The notes: generated by a model not told the origin, from the letters alone. Positions 1 through 12,955 are shown, counted from the first letter of the stretch. The stretch is 64,000 bases of DNA from Eledone cirrhosa (GCA_964016885.1 OZ024743.1:305598001-305662000), one strand, 5' to 3'. Program-made: numbers and translations.

Positions 1-246
1 GCATATGTGAGTGGAAGATCACACGCATATATGTGTATCTGTATTTCTATGCAGACGCACATATATTTATGTGTGAATGTATATGTTTACGTTGTATTAC
101 GTATATAAGTGAGTTTGTGTATGTATTTGGATATTTATATATTAATTTTTTTTCTAAATAATTTTTTGCCCGTTATTTTATTTCAGCCTCACTTTCATTT
201 ATCCTATACTCTATTTTCAAATTCATATTACTACTTCATAAATAAA

Positions 247-313
247 TATTTTTTCTGATGAATGAAGACAGACATAAATATCTGTCTTCAAGAAACCACT
301 GGTAAATGAAATA
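247..313 (+). ncRNA. Putative type-I hammerhead ribozyme with degenerate stem I, probably a Penelope-like terminal-repeat relic
   Basis: CTGATGA at 255-261; 10-bp stem II TGAAGACAGA/TCTGTCTTCA; GAAA at 292-295; stem III ACCA-C-TGGT; GUA cleavage triplet; weak AT-rich stem I (TATTTTTT/AATGAAATA). Confidence 0.6.
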
Positions 314-439
314 ATTATCTTATGTTGTTTATTACATAACTAAAAAGCTCTGTAGCCTACATAGAGCACTCTCTTTTCCTTTACCTTTCCTACGGAAATT
401 TATATATACATTTATATATATATATATTATCTTAGTTTT

Positions 440-645
440 TCAAATAATAATAATAATATTCGATTCGTTTGCAATTATGCAGTTCTGTTTACATGCCAAC
501 ACAAGAGCAATAATGACGGGTCATTCTACTGATATGGCTTTAAAGAGGCTGCTTGCATAATTACAATCGAGTGGAATATCCTTATTGTTAATATTCGAAA
601 AGCTCAGATTACATTTATTGTATTCAACCATGTAGAGCGATAAAC
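440..645. repeat. Unclassified dispersed repeat; related copies at ~14715-15190 (mostly inverted) and ~15875-15920
   Basis: The reverse complement of 480-640 (CTCTACATGG..AAATGTAATCTGAG..TTGCTCTTGTGTTGGCATGTAAACAGAACTGC) closely matches 14918-15085. Confidence 0.7.
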
Positions 646-660
646 TATTTGTTTGTTGCA

Positions 661-968
661 TATATAATATAATAATACAAGGACGATTTGTTAAGCCTTC
701 ATTACGCTTATTGTTTGGTGATGCACATTTCACTATTGATCAGCTCAAAGTTCGATATGTATCGATCTGGCCCGAATCTGGAATCAAAAACTCGTCGGAC
801 CTCTGCTGGTCATTACAACAGCACAGGTCCGACGAGCTTTCGATTCCAGAGTCGGGCCAGATCGTTACAGATCGAACTTTGAGCTGATCAATGGCGAAAC
901 GCGCGTCACCAAACAATAAATGTAACGAAGGCTTAACAAATCATACTTGTATTATCATATTATTATAT
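661..968. mobile_element. Foldback/MITE-like palindromic element with ~145-bp imperfect arms and a short central loop near 810-817
   Basis: ATTGATCAGCTCAAAGTTCGAT pairs with ATCGAACTTTGAGCTGATCAAT; CTCGTCGGACCT pairs with AGGTCCGACGAG; TTTGTTAAGCCTTC pairs with GAAGGCTTAACAAA. Confidence 0.8.
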
Positions 969-1293
969 TACTCTCTGTCTAGCTTTACACCTCGTTACTG
1001 ACGTGAACCTAAACATCGATTGATCATCTGGGTGAACCTACAGTAACTTCACGTTACACTACATGGATATATATATAGATATAGATATATATTACCATCT
1101 TTGTTTGTTTACTGTCTCGCTCGTTCCCCCTATTTACGTATCCCAACGACTTTCTTTAGCCGTTGCTCGCACCAACCAGAGGTATATGGTCGTTAAAGTG
1201 ATGAAATACTAATGAAGGCTGGAAGATCACTGATGAAGGACTAAATTTATTCATATGTAACCCATTTGCAACCACGCAGCACGCCATGTTTTC

Positions 1294-1492
<199 letters not shown>

Positions 1493-1521
1493 ACTTCGGG
1501 ACTAGAGGTGTTTCATTATTA

Positions 1522-1700
1522 TTGGCAGTATCAGTAGAGCGTCGGACGCCATGCTTTCCAGCATAGTTACGTCCCTTTACGATCTGATTTCAAATCCCGC
1601 CGAGGTTGACTTTGCCTTTCATCCTTACGGGGTCGATAAAATAAAGTACCAGTAATGCACTGGGTTATTGCTGGCTTTGTGCCTAAAGTAGAAACAATTA
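1522..1700 (+). mobile_element. tRNA-derived SINE (resembles octopus SINEs), slightly 5'-truncated
   Basis: Near-identical to 15598-15775; contains TCAAATCCCGCCGAGGTTGACTTTGCCTTTCATCC...GGGGTCGATAAAATAAAGTACCAGT. The family assignment is from recall, not a search. Confidence 0.75.
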
Positions 1701-1990
1701 TTATAAAATAATCAGAAATTTGCATCGTGATGATTTCATAAGAATGAAAGAGTTCTAGTCCTGTAGACGTTATATATAATAAAGCTACCTATACTTTACG
1801 AATGTATTGAGTAACATTTTTAACTGTAGTTACCCCCCGATACAACTCGTTAATCTTTCTCCCTCTCTCTCACTCTCTCTCCCTCTCCCTCTCTCCCTCT
1901 CTATATATATATAACGGAGGAAATGTGGTAAGGAACCAGGTGGACCATAACGCACCAAAGTACTCAATACTTAGGGTAGTAGAGTCGGTA

Positions 1991-2067
1991 ATAGGAACGA
2001 GTAGGACCCCGACGGCTGAGCTCAAGCCGTTTCGACGGCTAATTCTGGACACCAGGTCCTACTCGTT

Positions 2068-2072
<5 letters not shown>
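1991..2072. repeat. Short inverted repeat (18-bp arms) next to (TA)n
   Basis: ATAGGAACGAGTAGGACC ... GGTCCTACTCGTTCCTAT. Confidence 0.8.
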
Positions 2073-2122
<50 letters not shown>

Positions 2123-2151
2123 ATTTCAGCTTTTTGTGAAGCAACTTCATT

Positions 2152-2237
2152 GCATATAATAATTGTTTCTATATCGATCAGTTCGGGTTTGATCAGGAGA
2201 TCGGATCCCGACTCTTAATCGACACTTCTTCAGATAG
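2152..2237 (-). ncRNA. Degenerate hammerhead-like motif
   Basis: Minus strand reads GCCTAT-CTGAAGA-aGTGTCGAT...ATCGATATa-GAAA-CAATTAT-T-ATATGC. The core is intact, but stems I and III carry mismatches. Confidence 0.4.
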
Positions 2238-2288
2238 GCGGGTTTACACGGGTGTTTCCATCCAACACACACACACGCACGCGGCGCC

Positions 2289-2355
<67 letters not shown>

Positions 2356-2628
2356 TTTTTCTTCTAACTTTGATTTTATACCTAATTGTGTATGGTTGAC
2401 GATATATCTAATCGATTTCCACGTGCTATTAGAAATGCTGGGTAAATATTCTATAGCTGTTGATCGCGAATAGATAGCTGTCGTTTATTTATCTATTGTT
2501 TCTTCATAGGTGTCTTTTAATCTTATAGCCTTCTTTAATTGTTTTTTTTTGTGTGGTTGATATGCTGATTGGGAGAGGAAATAATGTGTATATTTTATCA
2601 AATGATTCTATGGACATACTTTATATAT

Positions 2629-2721
<93 letters not shown>

Positions 2722-2722
2722 T

Positions 2723-2827
2723 AAAATAACAGATTAAAGTTTAAGCAAAGAATCGTTGCTTTCACTCTTAACGGGATCTTAAGCATGAAAGCAGCGATTT
2801 TTTGCTTAAACTTTAATCTGTTATTTT
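2723..2827. repeat. Inverted repeat (~42-bp arms) next to (TA)n
   Basis: AAAATAACAGATTAAAGTTTAAGCAAAGAATCGTTGCTTTCA ... TGAAAGCAGCGATTTTTTGCTTAAACTTTAATCTGTTATTTT. Confidence 0.85.
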
Positions 2828-2915
2828 ATTAAATATTTGCTCTAGGGTTCTTATATATTTGTTATATATTTATTATCCTTATCGAGCCCTATTTGGATTT
2901 TAGTCTTCAAATTTA

Positions 2916-2958
<43 letters not shown>

Positions 2959-3231
2959 GAAATTGATTGACATATATATATATTTAAAATAAACACATGA
3001 AACACAATCACAGGGGATAATTTGTAAAGTGTGTAATCACACATACCTAGGTAGGTAACTAATTGAAGTTTAACTAGAGCTTCGAATATTACCTTTTTAA
3101 AAAATGATTAATCCTCCTTGTATATATTTCATTAAAGAAATATATTTCACAATTAATCCGTAAAGTCACAGTAGTCAAATCTTGGATTTTTAGCAAAGGG
3201 GGAAGATTTAACTATCTGTATTTACACATCA

Positions 3232-4967
3232 AATGCAAATATGCGAGTGACTCATCGCACGTGTTGCAATTCTAAAACTACTAACAACATGCCCATTGGA
3301 GTGAATAGGGTGATCGACAGCTATAAATAGCAGCCGAGTCCTTTCAACAGATTTAGCTCTACAATTATGAAGCCGTTTATATAACAACAACAGCAACAAC
3401 AACAATGAGAATAACAACAACAACATCAACACCAGCGCAAAACAAAATGTGTCGTTTGCCAAAGCAGCCAAGAAAAGCGAAACAATCGAGGTAAGCCAGG
3501 ATGAATTAAATGAGCCAAGCGAATGGTAAAAAAAGATGGGTACAGGGTCAGCCCCCCCCCCCCCCATCTAATAAAATGGACCATTGGCGACTATGCACCG
3601 TGTCATATCGGACGATAAACACAAAATAACGGCGAGTGGAACGGGCATGCGAGTCCCAGATATAAAAAGCTTTGGGACATCTGTGGGCGAAAAAAACCTA
3701 CACCAGACGTGAGCAGAAATATGGAACCGTGGTCGTGTTCTTTGGAACCCCACAGGAAGCCAGAGAGAACTCCATGGCCCCATTAAGAAGTGACAAATTC
3801 ATACTCGTCCCAAGCTATTGTGGTCAGAGACTCGTGAAGATCAGGATGACCCACGTTCTGCCGGCCATCGAAATTCCCTGGCTAATAGCTGCCGACCTCG
3901 CCGACATCGAGGCGAACACGAAAATAATTGAGGTAACAAAAGAAAAGAAGAAGAACTGGTCCGGATCTGGAATGGAGCTCCTGATCCAAGCGGACCTAAA
4001 AAAACATTGAGGAAATTCCAGAGGTGATAGACCTCAATGATAGCAGCCCCCTCACCGTAATCATTAAGGGTGAAGGCCTAGGTGTGTCGTTTGTGGCGCA
4101 GGAACCCACCTAAAGGCTTTCTGCCCTCAAGCTAAAAAGTTGAGGCCACCTCTCCTACCCGCCCCAGTGACTCAACCATCTAAACCAGCAGCAGCAGAAA
4201 TGGCAGCAACAACTGTAGCAGCAACAACCCCAGCAACAGTAGCAAAACCAACACCACCACCACCCACCGTGCCAGAATTAGCACCAGCGCCTCCACCATC
4301 CACCACGCCACAACCAAAACCAACGCCTGTGGAGGATTTTCCACTCCCCAACCTATCCCAACTGGAGACAGATTGTGACGACGAGGACGAGTGGGAAATG
4401 GTATCAGGAAAAAAGAAAAAAAAGAACACAAACAAGAAATAAAATCCTCTTCCTTCGCCCTCCAAAAGCAAAATGCAGGGGGAAACAAATAAGCAAACAA
4501 ACAAAAAAGTTATGACTGCTATGCCACCACCCACACCAGCATCACCAGCCCCATCACCACAAACACAAACACCATCACCATCATTAACCCCACCAACACC
4601 ACAAAAAACACCAAAAAGCGAAACAGAAACAAACCCACAACAAACGCAAACAAAACAAAACAACCAAAACGATACACACTACACAGCATTAAATTTGAAC
4701 AACCAATTATTACACTACATCCAACACAACACCAGCATCACAGAAAAAGAATACACAACACCCCAAAAATTCACACCACCCCCACCCATACAAATCAATC
4801 GCATCACACAGAAAACGTACACGACACTAAAACAAAAATTCCCCGAGGACATCGGAGACTTCCGACAAACACTATCCAGGAGGATTTATGAGGACATCCT
4901 GCCGGAGTGGGCCACAAGCAGTGAGAAGGATGGAAAAACCATCCTCCCCCTACAAGAAGTGAGGTAA
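3232..4967 (+). pseudogene. Tx1-like ORF1 (gag-like), disrupted
   Basis: Zinc knuckle CVVCGAGTHLKAFC (CX2CX4HX4C) at ~4083-4124, followed by Pro/Thr-rich and acidic-basic (DEDEWEMVSGKKKKK) segments; multiple stops and frameshifts. Confidence 0.7.
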
Positions 4968-5002
4968 GTGGTCTTTCCCATCTTTTCCCACTCCTTTTCA
5001 AC

Positions 5003-8000
5003 ATGACATCACTCAGAATAGGCAGCATAAATGCGCGTGGCCTGGGGTCGTCATGGAAGCAGGGCCACCTGCTCAACGACCTCAGGTCACTAAACATAGA
5101 TGTGGTGGCCATCAGTGAGACCAGAATCTCCGAAGCATGGGCCTTCGTACCGATATTCGGCGGCTACGATGTCTACGCATCTCCCTGCCGTCTTGGATCG
5201 GGGGGAGGAGTTGCTGTGCTTTTTCGAAGAGGTTTGGATCTCGCCATACGGGCCATCTTCCTGGACCCAGAAGGTTAGTTGGTGGTTCTGGACGTGACCA
5301 CCGGAGACGGGCAAGCTTTCAGGCTAGTGGCCGTCTATGCCCCGACTCTTCCGGCGTCTGGAGACCTTTCTTGGAACGTCCCGCTCTTTAGTGTTAGTGG
5401 GTGACTGGAACGGGATCTTAGATTCACGCTGGGACTGTGTGGGATTAGCGGATAGGGGAGGAGGGTGTAAAAGCCTTGCAAACCTGATAAGACGGTTTCA
5501 ACTGTCTGACAGGTACCGTCTGGATTCCACGAATGTGCCAATGTGGACATGGTCAAACTGCATCGGGTCATCCAGATCATATCTAGGGTATTTTGTAGGG
5601 AAATAGATAGTTTTAGCATAGGATGTCCACATTGCAAATTAGTCGACTACACGGACCACGTGATCTGTGAGGTTGACTTAGATAGGCTTCATAGACAGGG
5701 ACCCGGCTACTGGAAGCTAAACGCGTCATTAGCAGCGCGCAATGCCTTCAAAGACCGGATTAGCGAACTAGTTAAGCGGGCGTTGACGGGGGACAACGTC
5801 AACAACAAATGGTGGTTTGCTCCGAAATGAGCGATTAGAATAGAGTCCATTAGGTTTAGTAAGGCTTTAGCAATAGAGAAAAATAGAGCAGAGAGAGAGC
5901 TAGTTAAAAAATTAGACGAGGCGCTTAGCAAAGGCATCGCGACCGACGTACTAGCGGCGAAATTGACCCTTGACTAATTATTCAATGCAAAGCACGAAGG
6001 CTGCATTGTCAGAGCTAGGGTGCGTGCTCTGAGACACGAGAGGACGAAAGGCGATTAATGGGCGCGAGTGGCGGAGGCGCGTCGTGGAAACAAAGCCACG
6101 ATCCGGTCTTTGGTGGACCACGACGGAAGCATGCTACTCGATCCCGGGAAAATGTGTGAAGCTTTTCAGCGACACTTCGCTCAGCTGTTCGGGAGCAACG
6201 GCGGGCCGGATCGAGAGATGGACTTTAGTGCCTACCTCGACGGACTGCCGCGGCTCTCGGCCACTGAGGCAGAGTGTTGCGAAAAGCCGATAACAGCCGC
6301 TGAAGTATGAGAGGCAATGACTGGCCGCACAATGAGTGAATCGCCTGGTTTGGATGGTCTGCTCTATGAACTTTACGTACAGATGCCAGACTTGCTCGGA
6401 GGCCTCTTGGCGGATGTCTACTGCAACTGGCAACAGAACGGGAGAATTCCCAGCTCTGTGAGCCGAGGAGCGGTGGCGCTGCTGAGAAAGGATCCGAACA
6501 AGAGGGATAACAGATAATTTCAGGCCTATAACTCTGCTAAACACAGAGTTCAAGATTTTGGCCAAGGTGCTAGCAAAGAGGTTGGCGCTTGTCGTTGGTG
6601 GTATGGTGTGAGAGGCGCAGACATGCGCCATTCCAGACAGATCCATCCACGTCAACCTCCACCTCATGCGATACATCGTGGAGAGGGTAGCTAGGGAACC
6701 TGGCACGGGTGGGTCTTTGATCAATTTAGATCAGTCGAAAGCTTTCGATAGGGTCGACCATCGTTATCTGGCGGCAGTCCTGAGGACGGCTGGCTTTGGG
6801 CCCGTCTTCCGAGGCTGGATCACTGCCATGCATAGCGACATCTGTTCTGTGGTGAGAGTGAACGGTCACCTTTCGGAACCGTTCAAAATCATGCTCTCGG
6901 TCCGCCAAGGATGTCCCCTCTTGTACGTATTGACTCTCGAGCCATTACTGCACAAACTAGAGACGTTGAGAGGGGTCCCGCACGAACTAGGTTGCAGCAG
7001 ATCCGTGTCAGTATATGCGGACGATGTCACCGTAGTGGTGTCGAACGCCAAACACATCGAGGCAATCGGTACTACACTAAGAGAATACAAAGCAGTGATA
7101 GGAGCAATGATCAACCAGGAAAAGTCGGTGGGCCTGCAGCTCGGCATCTGGAGAGGAAGGTCCATGCCGTCCAACAATGTCGTAGGGCGCTGGGCGGAGG
7201 GACCGCTTAAATTGCTAGGGGTCTGGTCCAGTCCAGACCTCCAGACGGACAATAACTGGGATGAGGTGACGAGCAGGGTGGTTCTCTCACCCACAAATGG
7301 GCAGAGAGGAAGCTTTCCCTGAAAGGTCGAGCGGAGGTGGCGAATGCGTACATCGCGTCCGTCATCTACTACTGCCTGACCGCCGTGCCTTGTCCTAAGT
7401 CTCGCCTGACTACGCTGGCACGTTTACTCTTTCGCTTTTTGTGGAAGGGACGCAGCTGCGATGGTCAAGCGGTCCATCTGCTGTCAACACCCGCTACGTG
7501 GAGGGCGGAGCATGCCGTGGCTGATGATGCGCAGACACGCGCCCAGGCTACGACATCATCACCTCTTCCTCGACGGTGATCAGGTGTGGTCACCGTTTGC
7601 TAGATGCGTCTTTCCCAGCTCGTCTCTTTGACGGAGCTGTATTCCTGGGTCAAGCGAAGACCGAGAGGGAGCGCTTGGAGATTGGAATGGCTTCAGACGC
7701 TCACAGCCCTCGACCAGACGGGCAATGTGATCGGTGGGAACGCCACCTTGGCGTTCTATAGAGGATTAGTGGAGGGAAAGAGCGACGACGTACTTGGGGA
7801 AACTCTAGGCGTCGACGAAAATCAACTAGCCCATCTCTTCGGAAGAACTTTCGGGCCGGGGCCCATGGACAACTTCCTTCTGGAACTTCGAGGAGCTTTC
7901 GCAGTTCGGGATAAAACCTACAGGCATGGAGGTGCCGTCAGCCGGTCATGTCAGAGATGCGCGCAGGGCGACGAAACCGTCCTGCACACACTTATCCAGT

Positions 8001-8366
8001 GTCCGAACTTTCTGACTTGTGGGTTTATGTCGAACACCTGCTGTCGCGTGTAGGACGGATCCGGTTATTAGCTGAGTCCATCGTGAGGATTGCCCCGCCG
8101 TCTTTCTTTAGCCAGGAAGGGCAGGCATTTTTTTTATCTGTCTGGTGGCCATGGCGAAAAAGATAGTATGGTGGACGCGTTTGAAATGGTTGAAGACGAG
8201 CACTTACCTCTTCGGTGACGCCCTGATTAACTTTTTCAAATTTCATTTGAAAAGGAAAATCAGGGTAGAGAGGGAAGTGCTCTCCTCCCAGCATTTTGTT
8301 GAAAGATGGATGAGAGAAGCAAGTATGGCCCGAGTGAATGGGCCTACTCTGAGTATGTGTCTGTAA
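5003..8366 (+). pseudogene. Tx1/L1 ORF2 (APE endonuclease + reverse transcriptase), disrupted
   Basis: SINARGL, VAISETR, VGDWNG, GPGYWKLNAS, SPGLDGL, LDQSKAFDRVDH, SVRQGCP, YADDVT and CQRCAQGDETVLHTLIQC are spread across frames. Confidence 0.92.
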
Positions 8367-8628
8367 ATTAAAGGTGGAAAACTGGGAGAGGGCACTTGCC
8401 CTGGTGGTCAGGGTCACTGTGGCCTTTTAATGGGCTTTCTCCACAAATGTCCCTCGGAAGTCTCCCCCATTGGGGAATTTTTCATTGTTATTTTTTATTA
8501 CATCCTCTGTTTTTTTTTACACGCAGAAATGCCCATTTGTACCGTCCTGTATTGTCCTGTACTGTCCTTAATGTCTACTTTATGTAAACTCTTGTGGTTA
8601 ATAAAGAAAGCATTATTATTAGTATTAG

Positions 8629-8810
8629 AGGCACTGGTCACCGTGGCTTTTTTAGTGGGCTTTCTCCACGAGTGTCCTTCGGAAGCCCCCCTCCCCTATT
8701 GGGGAATTTTCCTTTGTTTCTTTTTTGTCATTTTCAGAAATGCCCATTTGTACCGTCCTGTGCTGTCCTTAGTGTTACTTTATGTCAACCCTCGTGTTTA
8801 ATAAAGAAAA

Positions 8811-8846
<36 letters not shown>
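8629..8846 (+). mobile_element. Tx1-like 3' UTR-only copy (copy 2)
   Basis: Repeats the 3' UTR of copy 1 (GGGCTTTCTCCAC..., AGAAATGCCCATTTGTACCGTCCTG) and ends AATAAAGAAAAC + (TTA)n. Confidence 0.85.
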
Positions 8847-8848
<2 letters not shown>

Positions 8849-8919
8849 GAGACCTACGTAATAAATCGTATTATCGTGAGCTCCACAAAGGTTTGTTGTT
8901 TTCAGTTGTTTCAAATTGT

Positions 8920-11900
8920 CAGTTATGGACAAACCGCATCGGGTCATCCAGATCGTATTTAGATAGGATATTCTGTAGGGAAACATATAAGGCTAGTATA
9001 AGTTGTCCACAATTTAAAATAGTCGACTACACAGACCACAAATTTGTGATCTGTGAGATCGACATAGACAGACTTCATAGACAAGGACCCGGTTACTGGA
9101 AGCTGAACTCGTCTTTCCCGGCGCGCAATGCCTACAGAGACCGGATTAGCGTATTAGTTAAGCGGGCGTTGACGGGAGCGGTCATCAACAACAGGTGGTT
9201 GTTTGCCCTGAAAAGGGCAATTAAAGTAGAGTCGATTAGGTTTAGCAAAGGACTAGTGATAGACAAAATAGTGTAGAGGGAGAGCTAGTCAGAAAGCTAG
9301 AAGAGGCGTTTAGGACAGGCATCACAACCGACGTGCTTGCGGCGAGATTGGCACTCGACCAATTCCTCAACGCAAAACACGAAGGCTGCGTTGTCAGAGC
9401 TAGAGCGCGTGCTCTGAAACACGAGGGGATAAAAGCCGTCCAATGGGCCCGGGTGGCAGAGGCGCGACGTGGCAACAAAGCCATATTTCGGTCTTTATCT
9501 GACCAAAACGGGCGCGTGTTGCTCGAATCCGAGCAGATGTGTGAAGCTTTTCAGCAGCACTTTGCTGAACTGATCGGGAGCAGCGGCGAGCCAGATCGGG
9601 ATATGGACTTCAGTGCATACTTCGACAGGCTGCCTCGGCTCTCGACGACAGCAGCACAGTGTTGCGAAAAGCCAATAAGAGCCGGTGAAATAGGGGAAGC
9701 GGTGCCTAATTGCACGAGGGGTAAATCGCCATGTATGGATGGTCTGCTCTACGAACTTTATGCATTTATGCCAGACTTGTTCGCTGACCTCTTGGCAGAC
9801 GTCTACTGCAACTGGCAGTAGAACGGGAGCATTCCCAGTTTTGTAAGCCGGGGAGCGGTGGCGCTGCTAAGAAAAGACGCGAACAAGGGGGATGTTATTG
9901 ATAACTTCAGGCCCATAACCCTGCTAAACGCAGAGTTCAAGATTTTGGCGAAGGTGTTAGCAACGAGGTTGGCCCTTGTCGTCAAGGGTCTGGTGGGAGA
10001 GGCGCAGACATGCGCCATTCCGGACAGATCCATACACGACAACCTCCACCTCATGCGATACATAATAGAGAGTGTGGTTAAGGAACCTGGCATGGGTGGG
10101 ACCCTGATCAACTTGGATCAATCCAAAGCATTCGATAGGGTCGACCATCGGTACCTGGCGGCGATCCTCGAGGCAGCCGGTTTCGGGCCCGTTTTCAGGG
10201 GTTGGATCGCTGAGATGTACAGCGACATCTGCTCAGTTGTGAGGGTGCACGGTCACCTGTCGCAGCCGTTCAGCATCATGCGCTTGGTCCGCCAGGGTTG
10301 TCCCCTCTCGTCCCTCTTGTACGTATTGGGTCACGAGCCGTTACTGTACAAACTGGGGGCGACGAGGGGCGTCCCACGCTAACTAGGATGCAGGAAATCC
10401 GAGTCGGCTTACGCCGAAGACGTCACCATAGTGGTGTCGAGCACCAGACACGTCCACATGCTCGGCACCGCTCTCAAGGAATAGGAAGCGGTGATAGGAG
10501 CAAAGATAGACCAGGAAAAGTCGGTAGGCTTGCAGCTCGGCACCTGGAGAGGCAAGACCATGCCGTCCGACAGCGTCGTGGGGCGTTGGATGGACGGACC
10601 GGTTAAATTGCTCGGGGTCTGGTTCGGACCGTTCTCCAGATGGAGAAAAGCTGGAGCGAGGTGACGAGCAAGGTGGCCTCCCTCACCCAGAAATGGGCCG
10701 AGAGGAAGCTGTCCCTGAAAGGCCGGGCGGAGGTCGCGAATGCGTACATCGCATCCGTCATCTGCTACCGCCTCACCGTCGTCCCTTCCCCTGGCCCAAC
10801 TCTCACCAAAATGGAGCGCCTCCTCTTCCGCTTTTTGTGGAAAGGACGCGCTCCCATGGTCAGACGATCCAACTGCTGTCAACACCCGTTGCGTGGAGGA
10901 CTGGGCATGCCATGGCTGATGATGCGCAAACATGCGCTGAGGCTGCGACATCTCTAGTGCTTCCTTGACGGTGAACAGGTGTGGTCGCCGTTCGCCAGGC
11001 ACGTTTTCCCACAGCTCGTCTCCTTGACGGAGCTGCAGTCCTGGATCAGGAAAAGACCGAGGGATAGCGCTTGGAAACTGGAATGACTCCAGGCGCTCAC
11101 TACTCTCTGCCAGCTGGGCACCAATATCGGTGGAACATCCACCTCGGCGTTCTATAGAGGACTAGTGGGGGGGCGACGACGTTCTCGGAGAGATCCTGGG
11201 CGTCGACGAAGATCAGAACTTTCAGCCCAGGCCCTATGGATAACTTTCAAAAATCCCTGGCCTGGCAGTGCTACCAGGTAGCGTTGCCGGTTCGAGATAA
11301 GCTCTACAGGCACGGAAATGCCGTCAGCCTAGCCTGTCCGAGATGCGCGCAGAGCGACGAAACCGTCGTGCACGCACTCGTTCAGTGTCCGAGCATTGCT
11401 GACTTGTGGAACTATGTCGAACAGTTGCTGTCGCGTGTAGGACTGATCCCGTTATCGACTGAGTCCATTGTGCAGATGGTCTCGCCGTCTTCCTTTGAGG
11501 AGGAAGGGCAGGCGGTTTTCATCTGCCTGGTGGCCATGGCGAAAGAGATTGTGTGGTGGACAAGGTTGATAGGGTTAAAGACAGATACTTTCCTCTTCGG
11601 CGAATCCCTAATTAGCTTTTTCAAGTTTCACTTGAAGAGGAAAATCAGGGTGGAGAGGCAAGTGCTGCCTTCTAGCAAGTTTGTTGAAAGGTGGGTGAAT
11701 GTAGCGAGAATGGTCCGAGTGAAGGGGACCGCTCTGAATATAAGCCTGTAGTTTGAGAAATGGAAAAATTGGGAGAGGGCGCTTGTCCTGATGGTCAGTG
11801 TGGCCGTGGTCTTTTGTGTGGTTATCGCCACGAGTAACCCTGGGGAATGTTTCATTGTTTCAATTTTCATTTTTATTGTTTATATATATATATGTTTCTA

Positions 11901-12048
11901 TGTCATTTTCTTTTTCTTTTCTTATATAAATAATAAAAATCTTTACACGAACAAAACCCACATCGTACCGTCCTGTACCGTCTGTAATGTTTTTCTTGAT
12001 GTCAGCCCTTGTGGCCAATAAAGAAATCATTATTATTATTATTATTAT
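8920..12048 (+). mobile_element. 5'-truncated, decayed Tx1/L1-clade element (copy 3)
   Basis: Begins late in the endonuclease domain (SRSYLDRIF, TDHKFV, GPGYWKLNSS); contains NFRPITLLNAEFKILAK, LDQSKAFDRVDH, RQGCPLS and CPRCAQSDETVVHALVQC; stop at 11751; ends AATAAAGAAATC + (TTA)n. Confidence 0.92.
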
Positions 12049-12955
12049 TCCTGGGAAGGTCGTGGGGCAGAGAGTCAAACACTCCTTCCATCGGGCCCTG
12101 TCAGAAGCAAACGTCTCCAACTGATCCAGCTGGATCTGCAATCGAGACCAGCCAAGCTTATGGATGATATCCAACCAACTAGTTTGGGGCCTTCCTCTGG
12201 GTCACCTGTCCCGTTGTGAATATCTGGTCGGCTGTGCTGCATCCGGGGCAAAAACCACACTGTTCATGAGCTAGCTTGGAGTCGAGAAACTCCCTGCATC
12301 TCTTTACCAGACACTTAGCATAGACTTTACCAGGGAGGCTTAACAAGGAGATCCATCTGTAATTGTAACAATCTTTCTTGTCTCCCTTTTTGAAAATTGG
12401 GATTATCACACCCCATTGCCATTGCTTAGGTGACTTTCCAGAGATGCAGGCCACCCGACCCACACAAGTTAGCAAGAGAATACCTTCTCTATTTAAAGCG
12501 TGGTTCAATCACGAGGTTAAAGTTGCCCTCCGACCAAAGAAGGAGTCTTACAAAGCTTGTCTTGGAAATAAGTCCTCCTTCTTGCACTTGCGGTACAAGC
12601 AGACACGAAGAATCGCAGCAGAAACAGTAAAAGCGTCCAAGGTTAAGATATGTGGGGACACTGGCATTAAGCTTGAATCCGATTTCAGATTGGCAAATAA
12701 AATGTTCTGGCAGACCATCCACCGACTTTGTATTAAGAAGCCCTCCTTCACACACCTATCAATAACTTAAAGGGGGGTGCATCTTCGTTAGGTGGATAGA
12801 ATACTTTGCTGATCTCTTAAATCCGATCACAACAGCATCTGCTGATGTACACACGGTGCATCTGGGAGCGGTGTCTAATCTCTCAGAGTCTGAGGTCACA
12901 AGAGCAGTTAAAGAGCTCAAATGTGGCAAAGCCGCTGGGGAGGATAAAATCCGGG
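12049..12955 (-). mobile_element. RTE-clade LINE remnant with an internal RT deletion and an inverted 5' segment
   Basis: Minus strand 12500->12049: ALNREGILL..WQWGVIIPIFKKGDKKDCYNYRWISLLSLPGKVYAKCL..CGFCPGCSTADQIFT, fused to PRGRPQTSWLD..ASDRARWKE and an (AAT)n tail. Plus strand 12500-12955: WFNHEVK..ANKMFWQTIHRL..WIEYFADLLN..EVTRAVKELKCGKAAGEDKIR. Confidence 0.85.

Larger units (their letters stand above)
3230..8628 (+). mobile_element. Near full-length, decayed Tx1/L1-clade non-LTR retrotransposon (copy 1); 5' boundary approximate
   Basis: ORF1 remnants with a CCHC knuckle; ORF2 with APE endonuclease, RT and C-terminal Cys/His motif; 3' UTR ending AATAAAGAAAGC followed by (TTA)n. Confidence 0.9.

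Noticed and set aside
1205-1260. CTGATGA motif near 1230 as a hammerhead
   Set aside because: There is no correctly placed stem II plus GAAA downstream.
4140-4967. Pro/Thr-rich ORFs as a host mucin-like gene
   Set aside because: They lie between the CCHC knuckle and ORF2 of the Tx1 element, so they are the low-complexity tail of ORF1.
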